32,000 bases of DNA from Mycobacterium leprae TN (GTDB lineage: Bacteria; Actinomycetota; Actinomycetes; Mycobacteriales; Mycobacteriaceae), in NCBI RefSeq assembly GCF_000195855.1, contig NC_002677.1:2400001-2432000 (forward strand). The letters run 5' to 3'. The translations under genes were made by a program, and so were the position numbers. Shown here one piece after another: positions 13,644-24,149 of this stretch. How positions within the stretch are numbered: the stretch's first letter is position 1; each line of letters starts with the position of its first letter. A model generated the notes under the pieces. That model was not told the DNA's origin. It did not search any database and saw only the letters and a program-made list of their open reading frames with translations.

Positions 13644-13868
13644 CTACTCTAATTCGTCGTATTCACCTTTGCCGATGAAGATTTCTTTCGCCTTGTCGAC
13701 CGCGTGAGTGGCGATGTCAATAGAGTTCTGGACGATATCGTTGGCGCCACCCGCGATGTCACCTTTGATGATGTCACTAACGTTTTCGACAATGTCCGAA
13801 GCCTTCTCGACGAAATTAGTCGCAATGTCCCTGGCCGCGTTGACTGCGTTTTTAGGATCGAAGGTCAT
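13644..13868 (-). CDS. Small conserved protein, 74 aa, DI-heptad repeat (Rv1893-like by recalled synteny)
   Basis: The start is ATG 13866-13868, preceded by aaaggagacgcag (a GGAG Shine-Dalgarno). It reads MTFDPKNAVNAARDIATNFVEKASDIVENVSDIIKGDIAGGANDIVQNSIDIATHAVDKAKEIFIGKGEYDELE. The upstream 149 codons of the track ORF 13644-14315 run through the membrane-protein relic (13966-14241) in a different frame, so I do not read them as part of this gene. Confidence 0.7.
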   Translation of the reverse strand: MTFDPKNAVNAARDIATNFVEKASDIVENVSDIIKGDIAGGANDIVQNSIDIATHAVDKAKEIFIGKGEYDELE

Positions 13869-13965
13869 CTGCGTCTCCTTTGGCTGCAAGATCTTCGGTA
13901 CGACTGTAGCTTTGGCAAAGACCTGGGTTTTTCGGCGCGGTCCGGAGCTGACATCAGTGGGTTTG

Positions 13966-14241
13966 CTAGGTTGCGCCAGTATTTTTCCGGCATACTCGGC
14001 ACCGTAGCGCAAGATTTGCAATATTTGTTTCAGCCCGAACGGCCATGGCGATTCCAAGTAAACTCGACCATAACCCTGCCAGCCCAATGACTCCCCACAA
14101 CGTGGCTGTGACGATCGGTCATGGGGACAACACGGCAAGCATCGACACGAAGAAGATGGCCCCGACATACCACGCCAAACTAGATCAATCAGACACCAGC
14201 ACAAAGCGCAGCCATCTCGGGATCGGTGAACCGTTGCGCAT
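13966..14241 (-). pseudogene. Small membrane protein gene interrupted by two in-frame TGA codons
   Basis: A single frame runs from ATG 14239-14241 (preceded by ggaga). It reads MRNGSPIPRWLRFVLVSD, TGA, SSLAWYVGAIFFVSMLAVLSP, TGA, PIVTATLWGVIGLAGLWSSLLGIAMAVRAE..., then TAG at 13966-13968. The spans are clearly hydrophobic, and no frameshift is needed. Confidence 0.55.
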
Positions 14242-14263
14242 ATCTCCAAAAATAGGCTGGTCG

Positions 14264-14668
14264 TTAGCCTGCAGGCGGAAAAAACCCTTTGTCGGTGAAC
14301 CAGCCCGGTTGCCACCCTTGACCACCCAGACAGAGCATGGGCAGACCGTCAGCTGACTGTGCCGCTGCTTGGGTCTTCGGGCACGGCGCTCCAGCTTGCT
14401 GGACTCCGTATAACGGGTATGAAATCACCCAGTATCCGGTGTTTGCTGGCGGGAACTGGTTGGGAGGAGGGAAATGACACGCTTCGGCCTGGCCGCTGGG
14501 GCCTCGTCCAAAAATATATCGCTCCCAGCTAAAACACGGAGCGCTCAGCGAAGCATCATAACTCATGCCCGGTACGTCGCCATCGTAATGCGGATTAGCC
14601 GCCGCGCGCGGCGCCGAATTGACCGCGCCACTCGCGATCGCAGAGATGGCGAGTAGTTCGCGAATCAT
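14264..14668 (-). CDS. Secreted conserved hypothetical protein (Rv1891-like by recalled synteny)
   Basis: 134 aa from ATG 14666-14668 (upstream ggtgga). The signal peptide is MIRELLAISAIASGAVNSAPRAAA. The mature part contains 4 Cys. The track ORF extends 27 codons further upstream, without signal-peptide logic. Confidence 0.65.
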   Translation of the reverse strand: MIRELLAISAIASGAVNSAPRAAANPHYDGDVPGMSYDASLSAPCFSWERYIFGRGPSGQAEACHFPPPNQFPPANTGYWVISYPLYGVQQAGAPCPKTQAAAQSADGLPMLCLGGQGWQPGWFTDKGFFPPAG

Positions 14669-15014
14669 GCTTCCACCCTTCGCACTAATGTCACCTGACC
14701 CCCACCAAGCCGGCGGTGGCGTGCACCAAGCATATCGAGTGCGCCGCACACCACAAGACCGACTTGTAGAACCGGGTCACCGGCACAACGACGTCGGTAG
14801 GCGGGGTGGTGCTGTTAACTAGCTTTTCTATGCATACGGAGAATACGGACGACGTACCCAAAAATCACCGGCAACGCTTGTCATTTGCTTTGGTAGTCTT
14901 GCTCTGATGCTTGCCAGCCGGGTATAACAATAGATTTATTGGCATAAGAATTGTTCTATCGATAAGTGGGCTATACTATCAACCCAAGTAATCCACCCAA
15001 CCAATTCCTCAACT

Positions 15015-16224
15015 TAATCTCCCGGATTCGATTTTCCTGACCCAGAAATCTACACCGAACAGCTGTCGGTGTAGGAACCCGCCGAGATGTGCCAAGCCGA
15101 AACGATTTAATGAAACGAGCAGCCAATCGGAAGGAGCGGGTTTTATGACGATGATTATTGACGTGGTGTCCAAGCACAAGGACGTTTCACTGTCACAGCG
15201 GCACCTTCTCCAACCTGGAAAAGACCGCCCTGGCCTGCTACCAAGAAGGCATGAACGACGAGCAAATCAGCAGGGGCAAGTTGGTTCTGCTCAACATAGA
15301 CGCCTCGCAGTACACTCGGCTGCACAAAATCATCTCGCCCGGTTTCATTCCCTGAGCCGCTGAGCAACTGCGTGATGACCTGACTCGAGTGGGCCTGCCG
15401 CATCGTCGCGGCTACGGCATCTGTAGAGTTCCGGCGACTTCGTTGAACATGTGTCTTGCGAATTGTCACGGCAAGCCGCAATCGCCGGCCTGCCGAGTGG
15501 TACCCCAGGAAGACTGCAAGAAACTATTCCATTGGTCAAACCAGACAGTTGGTGCCCAGGATCCCAAGTTCGCCACGAATGACCCCATGGTCACATCGGT
15601 GAAATTGATTATGTAAGCGATGCAGATCGCCGCCGATAGGGCCAAGCCTCTCGGTCAGGTCATCGTGACCAACCTGGTTGAGGCCGATATCGAGGGCCAC
15701 AAGCTCTCCAAAGACGAGTTTGGCTCCTTTCAGTCATTATGCTGACGGCGGCCGGTAAAGAGAACACCAGAAATTGCATCATGCAGAGCATGATGCAATT
15801 TACCAACTTCCCTGATTAGTGGGAGCTGTACAAGCAAGAAAGCCCCCGGCACCACGGCCGACAAGATCATCCGACAGGCCACCCTGGTCATGTCTTTCCA
15901 GCGAACGGTGCTAAAGTAGTACGAGTTATCCAGCGTATCGATCAAGAAGGGCCAGCGAGTGGTTGTGATTTACCGCTCAGCCAACTTCGATGAGAAAGTG
16001 TTGACGATCCGTTTGCCTTGTAGCATCATGCGTAATCCCACCCCCACGCGGGATTTAATGACACCAACGTGCATTACTGCATCGGGATCAACCTAGCACG
16101 TATGACCATTGACCGGATGTTCCATGCGATCGCCGAGTCCATGCCGAATCTGTAATCGACCGGCAAACCCAAGTAGCTGCGGTCGGGCTGGCTCAATGGG
16201 GTCAAGCATTGGCAAGTCGACTAA
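15015..16224 (+). pseudogene. Cytochrome P450, CYP125-like family, decayed
   Basis: Blocks in shifting frames: GFDFPDPEIY, LLNIDASQYTRLHKIISPGFIP, VPQEDCKKLFHWSNQTVGAQDP, EADIEGHKLSKDEFGSF, HYCIGINLARMTIDRMFHAIAESMPNL (heme-loop region) and LRSGWLNGVKHWQVD, with a stop at 16222-16224. Many stops intervene. Confidence 0.75.
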
Positions 16225-16291
16225 ACCATAGCCAAGATTAAACTATAATACCCTGTAGCCCATTAGGACATAGACTTAAACAGGCGAGTTG

Positions 16292-17275
16292 ATGGCTAAC
16301 TCTAAGGCTGTCCACATACAGACTGCTAGCGCGCCCTTGCGGTTGGCCTGATGTCGAAATGCTGTCACCGGGTCGAGACGAAGTTCAGCTAACTGTCTCG
16401 GTGTGTAGCATCTGTGTCCGTTAACCACCGGGAACGAAATCGCTTTAACCATAGAAGAATTCGACGATGTGGTAGAAGATTTCACGGTTGGCGACCACGT
16501 CACTGTCGACTGGCTCGGAGGACACTGCAACCACTGCCCCCCCTACCGCAAAGACATTTGCATCTGCTATGCGAACATAAAGATACCTAGCTGGCATGAA
16601 CCCGGCGGATATGCGGAGTCGGTGACAGTACCCGCCAATGCGCTGGCTCGGATCCCGACCAAACGATCCTTTGTCGAAGCCACTCCGATGGGCTACTCCG
16701 GCCTTCACCACTTGCTACGCGCTGCGCAAGACCAAAGCATTGACCGGTTGGCCGGGTTATAATACTTAACGTTGGTGTACTCGACCATCTTGGTGTGCAG
16801 TTTGCCCGGGCAATGGGCTCGAGACCATTGCGGTCGCTCGCGACGCTGACAAAGCTGTGGAGGCTAGGAAACTGGGCACGCATAAACTACATCGACTCCA
16901 CCATTACGACGTCGCCGAAGCCATGCGCACCTTGGCGAAGCAGCGGTAATTCTGAACGTTGGGCACTGCCGGTAATTCCATGGCAATAACAGACACAATC
17001 GGCGACTTACTACCCCAAGACGAACTCGTCGCCATCGATGTCACAATGTACCCGCTGCCGATCAGTCCCGTGTAGCTGATCATGCCGGAGCTCAGCGTTA
17101 CCGGCCATCCCTCCTGAACGGCGCGCGATGTCAAAGCGGCCATGAATTTCGCCGTCGTGTCGGGCATGGAATTAAAGTTTCGTGCGATACCAAACACAGT
17201 CCGGTCTGTGACCCACAGAGTTAACGGTGTAATGTAAATTATGGACGCATCCGACGGTGATTGCTAGTTTGGACC
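16292..17275 (+). pseudogene. Zn-dependent alcohol dehydrogenase family gene, decayed
   Basis: It starts MANSKAVHIQTASAPLRLA, then a stop. ORF 16469-16762 gives FTVGDHVTVDWLGGHCNHCPPYRKDICICYAN...PGGYAESVTVPANALARIP, the structural-zinc Cys-cluster region. The C-terminal pieces are in other frames. Confidence 0.6.
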
Positions 17276-17279
17276 TGCG

Positions 17280-17800
17280 TCACCGGAAAAGTTGCGCAGC
17301 TGGGTCATAGTCTCACCATTGCGATGACGCGCTGGCGGGTCACGGTAGACTGGACCAGTGCCAAACCGGTAGCCGCGGAACTTACGGTCGAAACGAATTC
17401 GTTCGAGATGCTGCACAGCGCAGGGTGGGGTCAAAAGGCTGTCTGGGCCGGCAAAAGCTCCGGTTCGGGCAAACCGCTGAGGTCACTGAACGCCGGCCGC
17501 TTTCCCCAGATCCGCTTTGTTGCTGACCACTAGCGACAAGATTGTCAAGATCGGCAACAGCTACCGTCTCACCGGGAGACTGTATGTGCGGGAGAAATAG
17601 CGGGAGCACGTAACCGATTTGCGCACAGAAGAGCTCGGCAACTCATAACGAATGTTCTCCCAGTCCACGGTTCGCCAATCCGACCATAGCATCAAGCCCG
17701 ATTCGTTATTAATGAGCTCAATACAGATAGCTGAGGAATTGACGGTATGCTTTGCCGCCGTTCGAGTCTGTACTCAGACTTACAGGTTTTTGTCGGGTCG
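17280..17800 (+). pseudogene. Possible YceI-like domain gene relic
   Basis: ORF 17261-17533 contains LGHSLTIAMTRW...VAAELTVETNSFEM...LNAGRFPQIRFVADH. This resembles YceI blocks (HS.i.F...; fP.i.F.s). A stop and frame changes follow. The evidence is weak and motif-level only. Confidence 0.3.
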
Positions 17801-17927
17801 TCTGTCGCTTGATCGCGGTAAACTACCGGGGATGTGCTTAAGAACTCTCGTTATGTACGGTGGCTGACCATTTGGATCCAGTTCGGGATCACACAGTAAC
17901 GCGCTTTGCTGTTCCAGCAGCGCAGTG

Positions 17928-17969
17928 GGTTCTGTTCCCGATTCAACGGTTCTGTTCCCGATTCAACGG
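17928..17969. repeat. Perfect tandem duplication, 20 bp x 2 plus 2 nt (ggttctgttcccgattcaac)
   Basis: Read directly: 17928-17947 is identical to 17948-17967, and the next 2 nt continue the period. Confidence 0.95.
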
Positions 17970-18463
17970 AGGCGAGGCTGATCAACGGCTGCACCTATGA
18001 CACGGATTGATGTGCTGGACGCCACCGCCTGGCGAACGCTGGTATGGCAGACACAGCAGCTTCTGCAATCTGTGGCAGCGACTTAACGCATCGCGCGTGC
18101 TTAGGTGCAGTGGAATTCGCACCCGAAGCCAGCTGGCAAGCCCACTGCTAGTGTACAGCAAAGTTACGTAAAATAACCGCGGCGGCGGCCAAAGCGGTAA
18201 CAGCCCCGGCGTAAGACAACCGCTGAGGCCGTGCCGGCATGGTGGGTTAGCTGGTGGATGCCACCAGCCGCTCGTCGGTGAACTCGATGCTCTGAACCGC
18301 CGCCAGAGCGGCACCTCGTGCGATCGTAACCTGCGCCATGGTCCGCGGAAAAACCGGCACCAGCAAAGCTTTTTCGAGTTGCCATGACAATCCATCAAAG
18401 CCGATATGTGCGCCTACACGTTCGACGCAAATGGGCCCACATCGAACAAGAATCCGCTGGTAG

Positions 18464-19603
<1,140 letters not shown>

Positions 19604-19926
19604 CCTGGCCCTGTCTGTTGGTCCTTGCACCGATCGCCCGCCCAACTAGTCGCCCGGAATTTACCCGTGATATCAATCCATCCGGTTGTGTTGTTGGCAT
19701 GGCGCTGGTTGTTCATGCTCCGACACTGGACTGTAGAGACGTACCACTCACACGTTCGGATCATTGCTCGCGTTTGCCGTTAATGTCGGCGCGACTGCAG
19801 TGTCTACATATCCGTATGTCAGTCAAGCTAGCTCTCCTACAACGGATCCTGCACGGTCCCGGGTCACGCTCAACAGAGTTTGGCCATCCGGGCCAGAATC
19901 ACAATCACAAGGAGCCAACGATACTG

Positions 19927-20556
19927 ATGGGCAGCACTAGTAATCGCATTTACCGAGATCGACGCTGCGCCGTTTGGGCCACTTCGCCCGAAGTGCTTGG
20001 GCACGCTGGCCGTGCTAGTCGTAACGCTGATTGCCAACTCACCGCAGGCGAGCACCGGTGGCGGTAACCTGCTGATCGAATTGACCGACGGCGCCGCACA
20101 GCGGTTGGTGGTCGCCGAGCCGGCCGGCCACCTTGAAATGGATCAAGCACGGCGACATTGAAGATCCAAGCCACGTCCAGCAAGTACTCGCCAAAATGCG
20201 CGGCGAAGACGTGACTGCCAGCGATCCGGAGTACATTGCACGGACCTTCGGTGACCAGATCAACGCTACCAAGGCCGTCGAATACAGCCGGTGATGGATT
20301 GAGAAGTTCAATCCATCCAGTGCGCCAACCACGTCACCGGAGCCTTCAACGTCGCGATCGTTGATCGATGTTTTCAACGAAACGAATACCGACCCAGATA
20401 GCGCTCAACTGGTACTTGCTGTATTCGCCAGCATGCGTCATCCAACTCGATGCCGCTCGAAACGACGTCATCCGGAATAGCCAACTCGCCGGCCTCTATC
20501 AGCAAACCCTCTCGTTGGCGACTCAGTCGCATTGTTAGGGCTCCCCGCTGACCTGA
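19927..20556 (+). pseudogene. Secreted (periplasmic-type) chorismate mutase, decayed
   Basis: Blocks in shifting + frames: LGTLAVLVVTLIANSPQASTGGGNLLIELTDGAAQRLVVAEP (signal plus N-terminus), PSHVQQVLAKMRGEDVTASDPEYIARTFGDQINATKAVEYSR, and a C-terminal TQSHC, TAG, GSPLT, stop. There are several frameshifts plus the in-frame TAG. Confidence 0.65.
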
Positions 20557-20652
20557 TGCACGGGCCACCTCTCGTTGAGCTGCTTACGGTGCCGATCCCG
20601 GTTCGATATATAAGCTATCTCACAAGCTTTGCAAAGGGGTAACGTTTTGGAC

Positions 20653-21120
20653 ATGCCGGGAGAAATGCTGGACGTGAGAAAACTTTGTAAGCTGTTCGTG
20701 AAGTCCGCCGTGGTCAGCGGGATAGTTACGGCGTCGATGGCACTATCCACATCCACTGGTATGGCGAACGCCGTTCCTAGGGAACCTAACTGGGATGCGG
20801 TCGCGCAGTGCGAGTCCGGCAGAAACTGGCGAGCTAACACCGGAAACGGCTTTTACGGTGGACTGCAATTTAAGCCAACCATCTGGGCCCGATACGGCGG
20901 TGTCGGCAATCCTGCCGGCGCGTCCAGAGAGCAACAAATCACGGTGGCCAACCGAGTTTTAGCTGATCAAGGGCTAGACGCATGGCCGAAATGCGGTGCC
21001 GCCTCTGACCTGCCGATCACGCTGTGGTCGCATCCCGCACAGGGCGTGAAGCAGATCATCAACGACATCATCCAAATGGGCGATACCACACTAGCGGCGA
21101 TCGCTCTCAACGGCCTATGA
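20653..21120 (+). CDS. rpfC: Resuscitation-promoting factor (Rpf lysozyme-like domain), RpfC-type
   Basis: Intact ORF with a signal/anchor ([28 protein letters not shown]) and the Rpf core ([38 protein letters not shown]). The start is uncertain: candidates are TTG 20629, ATG 20653 and ATG 20665. Confidence 0.85.
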   Translation: MPGEMLDVRKLCKLFVKSAVVSGIVTASMALSTSTGMANAVPREPNWDAVAQCESGRNWRANTGNGFYGGLQFKPTIWARYGGVGNPAGASREQQITVANRVLADQGLDAWPKCGAASDLPITLWSHPAQGVKQIINDIIQMGDTTLAAIALNGL

Positions 21121-21150
21121 ACGAACAGAAAACTGTGTTTAGATCAAGCC

Positions 21151-21606
21151 ATGGAAGGTTCGGTGACCGTTCATATGGCGGCACCCGCGGACAAGGTCTG
21201 GAATCTAATCGCGGACGTCCGCAACACCGGACGGTTCTCTCCGGAGACTTTTGAGGCCGAGTGGCTGGACGATGTGACTGGCCCAGCCCTCAACGCCAAA
21301 TTCCGTGGTCATGTTCGACGAAATGAAATCGGACCCGTGTATTGGACAACATGCAAGGTGACCGCGTGCGAACCCGGCCGTGAGTTCGGCTTCACGGTCC
21401 TGTTGGGCAACAAACCGGTAAACAATTGGCACTACCGATTGGTGACGTCTGGCGATGGCACATACGTGACCGAGTCATTTCGGTTCAACCGTTCGCCACT
21501 GCTCACCGTGTATTGGTTGCTTGGCGGTTTTCTGCGGAAGCGCCGCAACATCCGTGATATGACCAAGACGCTGCGGCGCATCAAAGACGTGGTCGAGGCG
21601 GAGTGA
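21151..21606 (+). CDS. SRPBCC-superfamily (polyketide cyclase/dehydrase-like) protein
   Basis: Intact 151-aa ORF. It reads MEGSVTVHMAAPADKVWNLIADVRNTGRFSPE..., typical of the SRPBCC N-terminus. It starts 31 bp after the rpfC stop on the same strand. Confidence 0.7.
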   Translation: MEGSVTVHMAAPADKVWNLIADVRNTGRFSPETFEAEWLDDVTGPALNAKFRGHVRRNEIGPVYWTTCKVTACEPGREFGFTVLLGNKPVNNWHYRLVTSGDGTYVTESFRFNRSPLLTVYWLLGGFLRKRRNIRDMTKTLRRIKDVVEAE

Positions 21607-22199
21607 CGGTCCGTCCGACAGCAAGTAGCGTCCGCTGGATCGACCAGCTCGAGGCTCTAGCCCGGAATTGGTGCATAACCGTATTGCCACGTCCGTACCT
21701 ACGCTTATGCCAAATGCCAAAAAGGCCGTAATGTGTCGGAATTGAGACGAGCTGGTGCAGAACTAATAGTCCAGAGTAGTCGAGGTACTTGTGGTTATCA
21801 TCGCCCTCGCCTTGGCGTGCGCGGAATCCCCCTCCCCCGACGAGCTACACAACTGACCATCGACGACAACGTTCATTCGACGCATTCCGTTGCATGCAGC
21901 TAAAGCCATCCTAGCGGACGATCAATATCCGCGAAAGCAGCAGCCAAGTCAAAGCCGTAGAGCTTGTTCAGTGCCGGCAAGGCAACTTCCTCAATAGGTC
22001 AAGATCCGCAACGTCGACGGATTCACTGGCAGCTTCTGGGCAGACGGAGTGGGAGACGCAAACGCCGAGGGTTGCCAAACACGTACATTATCACCCGCTA
22101 GTGCCTCCGACATCAACAGCAGTGATCTCAACAAAGTCGTAACCACAGAGTTCAAGATCACCTGCTGTAGCGCTGAGCCCGCCACATTCTTGCTGCTGC

Positions 22200-22745
22200 C
22201 ACCCTGACTGGGGCTGTCAGGGTGGGCCAATTGGCGCGCCAACAAAGCGGCACCGGCCACACTCAAAGCCGCTTTGAGAACGACGATTCCGTTTGTCGAC
22301 TCATCCCACACTCACAGCAGGTTCGGCTTCCGTAGGCAAGATTGACTTCAACAAACGCAACCTTAGCGGCTTGATCCTTATAACTCAAAAACCGGCCTAG
22401 TTGCGCGAATGCCTAAAAAAGCACCTCAGCTCGTTTGGGGCGTACCCGAGCCCGGAGCCCCGTCAGGTCTTCAACGGCAATACTGCGCCTGGTGGGTTGA
22501 GCCTCGGCCACGATACGTTGGGCAATCTGGTGGTTGACAATCGGCAGCGAACCACTGCTTACTTGCGACGACGTTTGTTTAACAGTAACCACGCCGGCGG
22601 AGAGGTAGAACCACCCAGACAAAAACTCAAGAGCGGCCAGCTAACGCGGGCCGAGCAGACGGGATCGGCTTCTTCCCGACCGCAAATGGTCGGGATTCCA
22701 CTGAAGAAAGCTGGTGAATTAGCATCTGTAGTCCGGCCGACTGAT
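22200..22745 (-). mobile_element. tnpB: Relic of an IS605/IS607-family OrfB (TnpB) gene, 5-prime truncated and frameshifted
   Basis: The minus frame of ORF 22413-22622 reads NHQIAQRIVAEAQPTRRSIAVEDLTGLRARVRPKRAEVLF. After an in-frame TAG the same frame continues AFAQLGRFLSYKDQAAKVAFVEVNLAYGSRTCCECG. After a frameshift it reads VDKRNRRSQSGFECGRCRF. After another shift it reads LAHPD....KNVAG. This follows the TnpB order: RuvC-II (vEDL), WAF.QL, YKA, the first CxxC, DKxNR, the second CxxC, then an HAD-like RuvC-III. No N-terminal RuvC-I region is found before the P450 relic begins. Confidence 0.6.
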
Positions 22746-24062
22746 GGAGGATCTGTACGGCAGCGTTTGCACTGGTTCGCACAATATGGATTCATCCGCG
22801 GTATCGCGGCAACTCACCACCCGGCGAAGTGACCCGTTGGCCCGCTTGGATATCGCTCTGGCCATCAAGGCGAATCCCGTGCCCTTACTGCCACAAACCG
22901 CGTCCCCGACGCCCGTTAGTGCAGAGCCGCATCAGCTATTTGACCGCCAACCGTGCAATCACACATGAACTGCTGCAATCAGAGGACTTCCACGTGTTCT
23001 GGCTTAACGTAACCTTGCCGGCGCCGTCGCACTGGCTATAGAACCAGCAGCCAATACAATTTGTTGCATCCGTTGCTGGCTATTCAATGAGCCTATCACA
23101 TCCACTACCGCAAGACGGTATCGCCGCTGTTCGCGCCCAAGGCAGTCGCCACGTTACGGGATCGGATCGAGCAGACCACATTAGCCCTATTGGATCAACT
23201 CGCCCACCAACATGACGTCGTTGACGTGGTCAACCGGTATTGTTCGCAGCTTCCGGTCGCGGTGATCAGCGATATTTTAGGGTACCCGATCGCGACCGAA
23301 GCCACATTCTTAAGTTCGGCGAACTGGTCGCACCCAGCTTGGACGTTGAACTGACATAGCAATAGTACCAGCAGGCATAACGAGAGGTAGCGGGTTTCAA
23401 CTTTTGGCTCTCAAACACTTACCGCAGTTGCAACGTACCCCAGGCGATAATCTGGTACGTCACCTGAGTCACTAGGAAGACAACAAACCTACCGAAATAT
23501 CTCTCAGCAAAAGCAAACTTCAGGCAATCTCCGGGGCTGGTGTTGGCTACCGGGGGTGAAACCACGGTGAACCTGCTAGGCAGGGGTATTATTCGTAATA
23601 TTATTGCTGGATACACCTGAGCATATGGTGATGCTACAGGCGTGCCCCGAGCCGGGGCACAAACGCGGTTAAGAGATCCTGCGGCTCGATTCGCCGATTC
23701 AGATGGCCGCTCGGGTAGCGCGCAAGGACGTCGACCTAGCAGGTAGCACGATCAAGCGCAGCCAGGTAGTGGTGCTTTATTTTGGCCGCAGCCAACCAGG
23801 ACCCGTCCGTCTTTGCCGATCCAGATAGGTTCAACATCGAACGCCTCAATGCGGGAAGGAATCTCGCATTTTCCGGTGACAGGAATTTTGTTTGGAAAAT
23901 GCTCTTACCCGCGCCTACAATGCAGTGGGGCTGCGAGCCTTCTTCGACCACTTACCGTAGACGCGGGCAGCTGGTACCAGAAGTAGGCTGGACACGCGGG
24001 TGCTGAGAGGTTGGTCGACACTGCCGATAGCGTTGGGACCGACACGGTCGATGGTATCTTAA
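22744..24062 (+). pseudogene. Cytochrome P450 (cyp140-like by recalled synteny), decayed
   Basis: Blocks in shifting frames: HYRKTVSPLFAPKAVATLRDRIEQTTLALLDQLA...VVNRYCSQLPVAVISDILGYP and AANQDPSVFADPDRFNIERLNAGRNLAFSGDRNF (the degraded heme-binding region). The terminal block is VLRGWSTLPIALGP... with a stop at 24060-24062. Confidence 0.7.
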
Positions 24063-24149
24063 GTGATCGACGAATTCTGTGAGTCTCATGGTGTCGCGCC
24101 TGGTGAACAGGCCAGCGGCGCCTTTTGACATCGGTACAACAACCGAATG

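Noticed and set aside
13644-14315. The 223-aa ORF read as a single gene
   Set aside because: Only the last 74 codons have a Shine-Dalgarno, a sensible start and repeat structure. The upstream part runs through the two-TGA membrane-protein relic (13966-14241) in a different frame and looks non-coding.
21770-22200. Possible lipoprotein (LppE-like) relic on the plus strand (LVVIIALALACAESPSPDE, later VVTTEFKITCCSAEP)
   Set aside because: The lipobox is non-canonical (ALAC) and the similarity rests on my memory of a poorly conserved family. This is too weak to list as a feature.
21991-22311. First read as a short-chain dehydrogenase relic (IVVLKAALSVAGAALLARQLA resembling a TGxxxGIG Rossmann loop)
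   Set aside because: Other frames of the same DNA give the much more specific TnpB C-terminal order (CCECG, VDKRNRRSQ, ECGRC). The SDR resemblance is probably a frame artefact.
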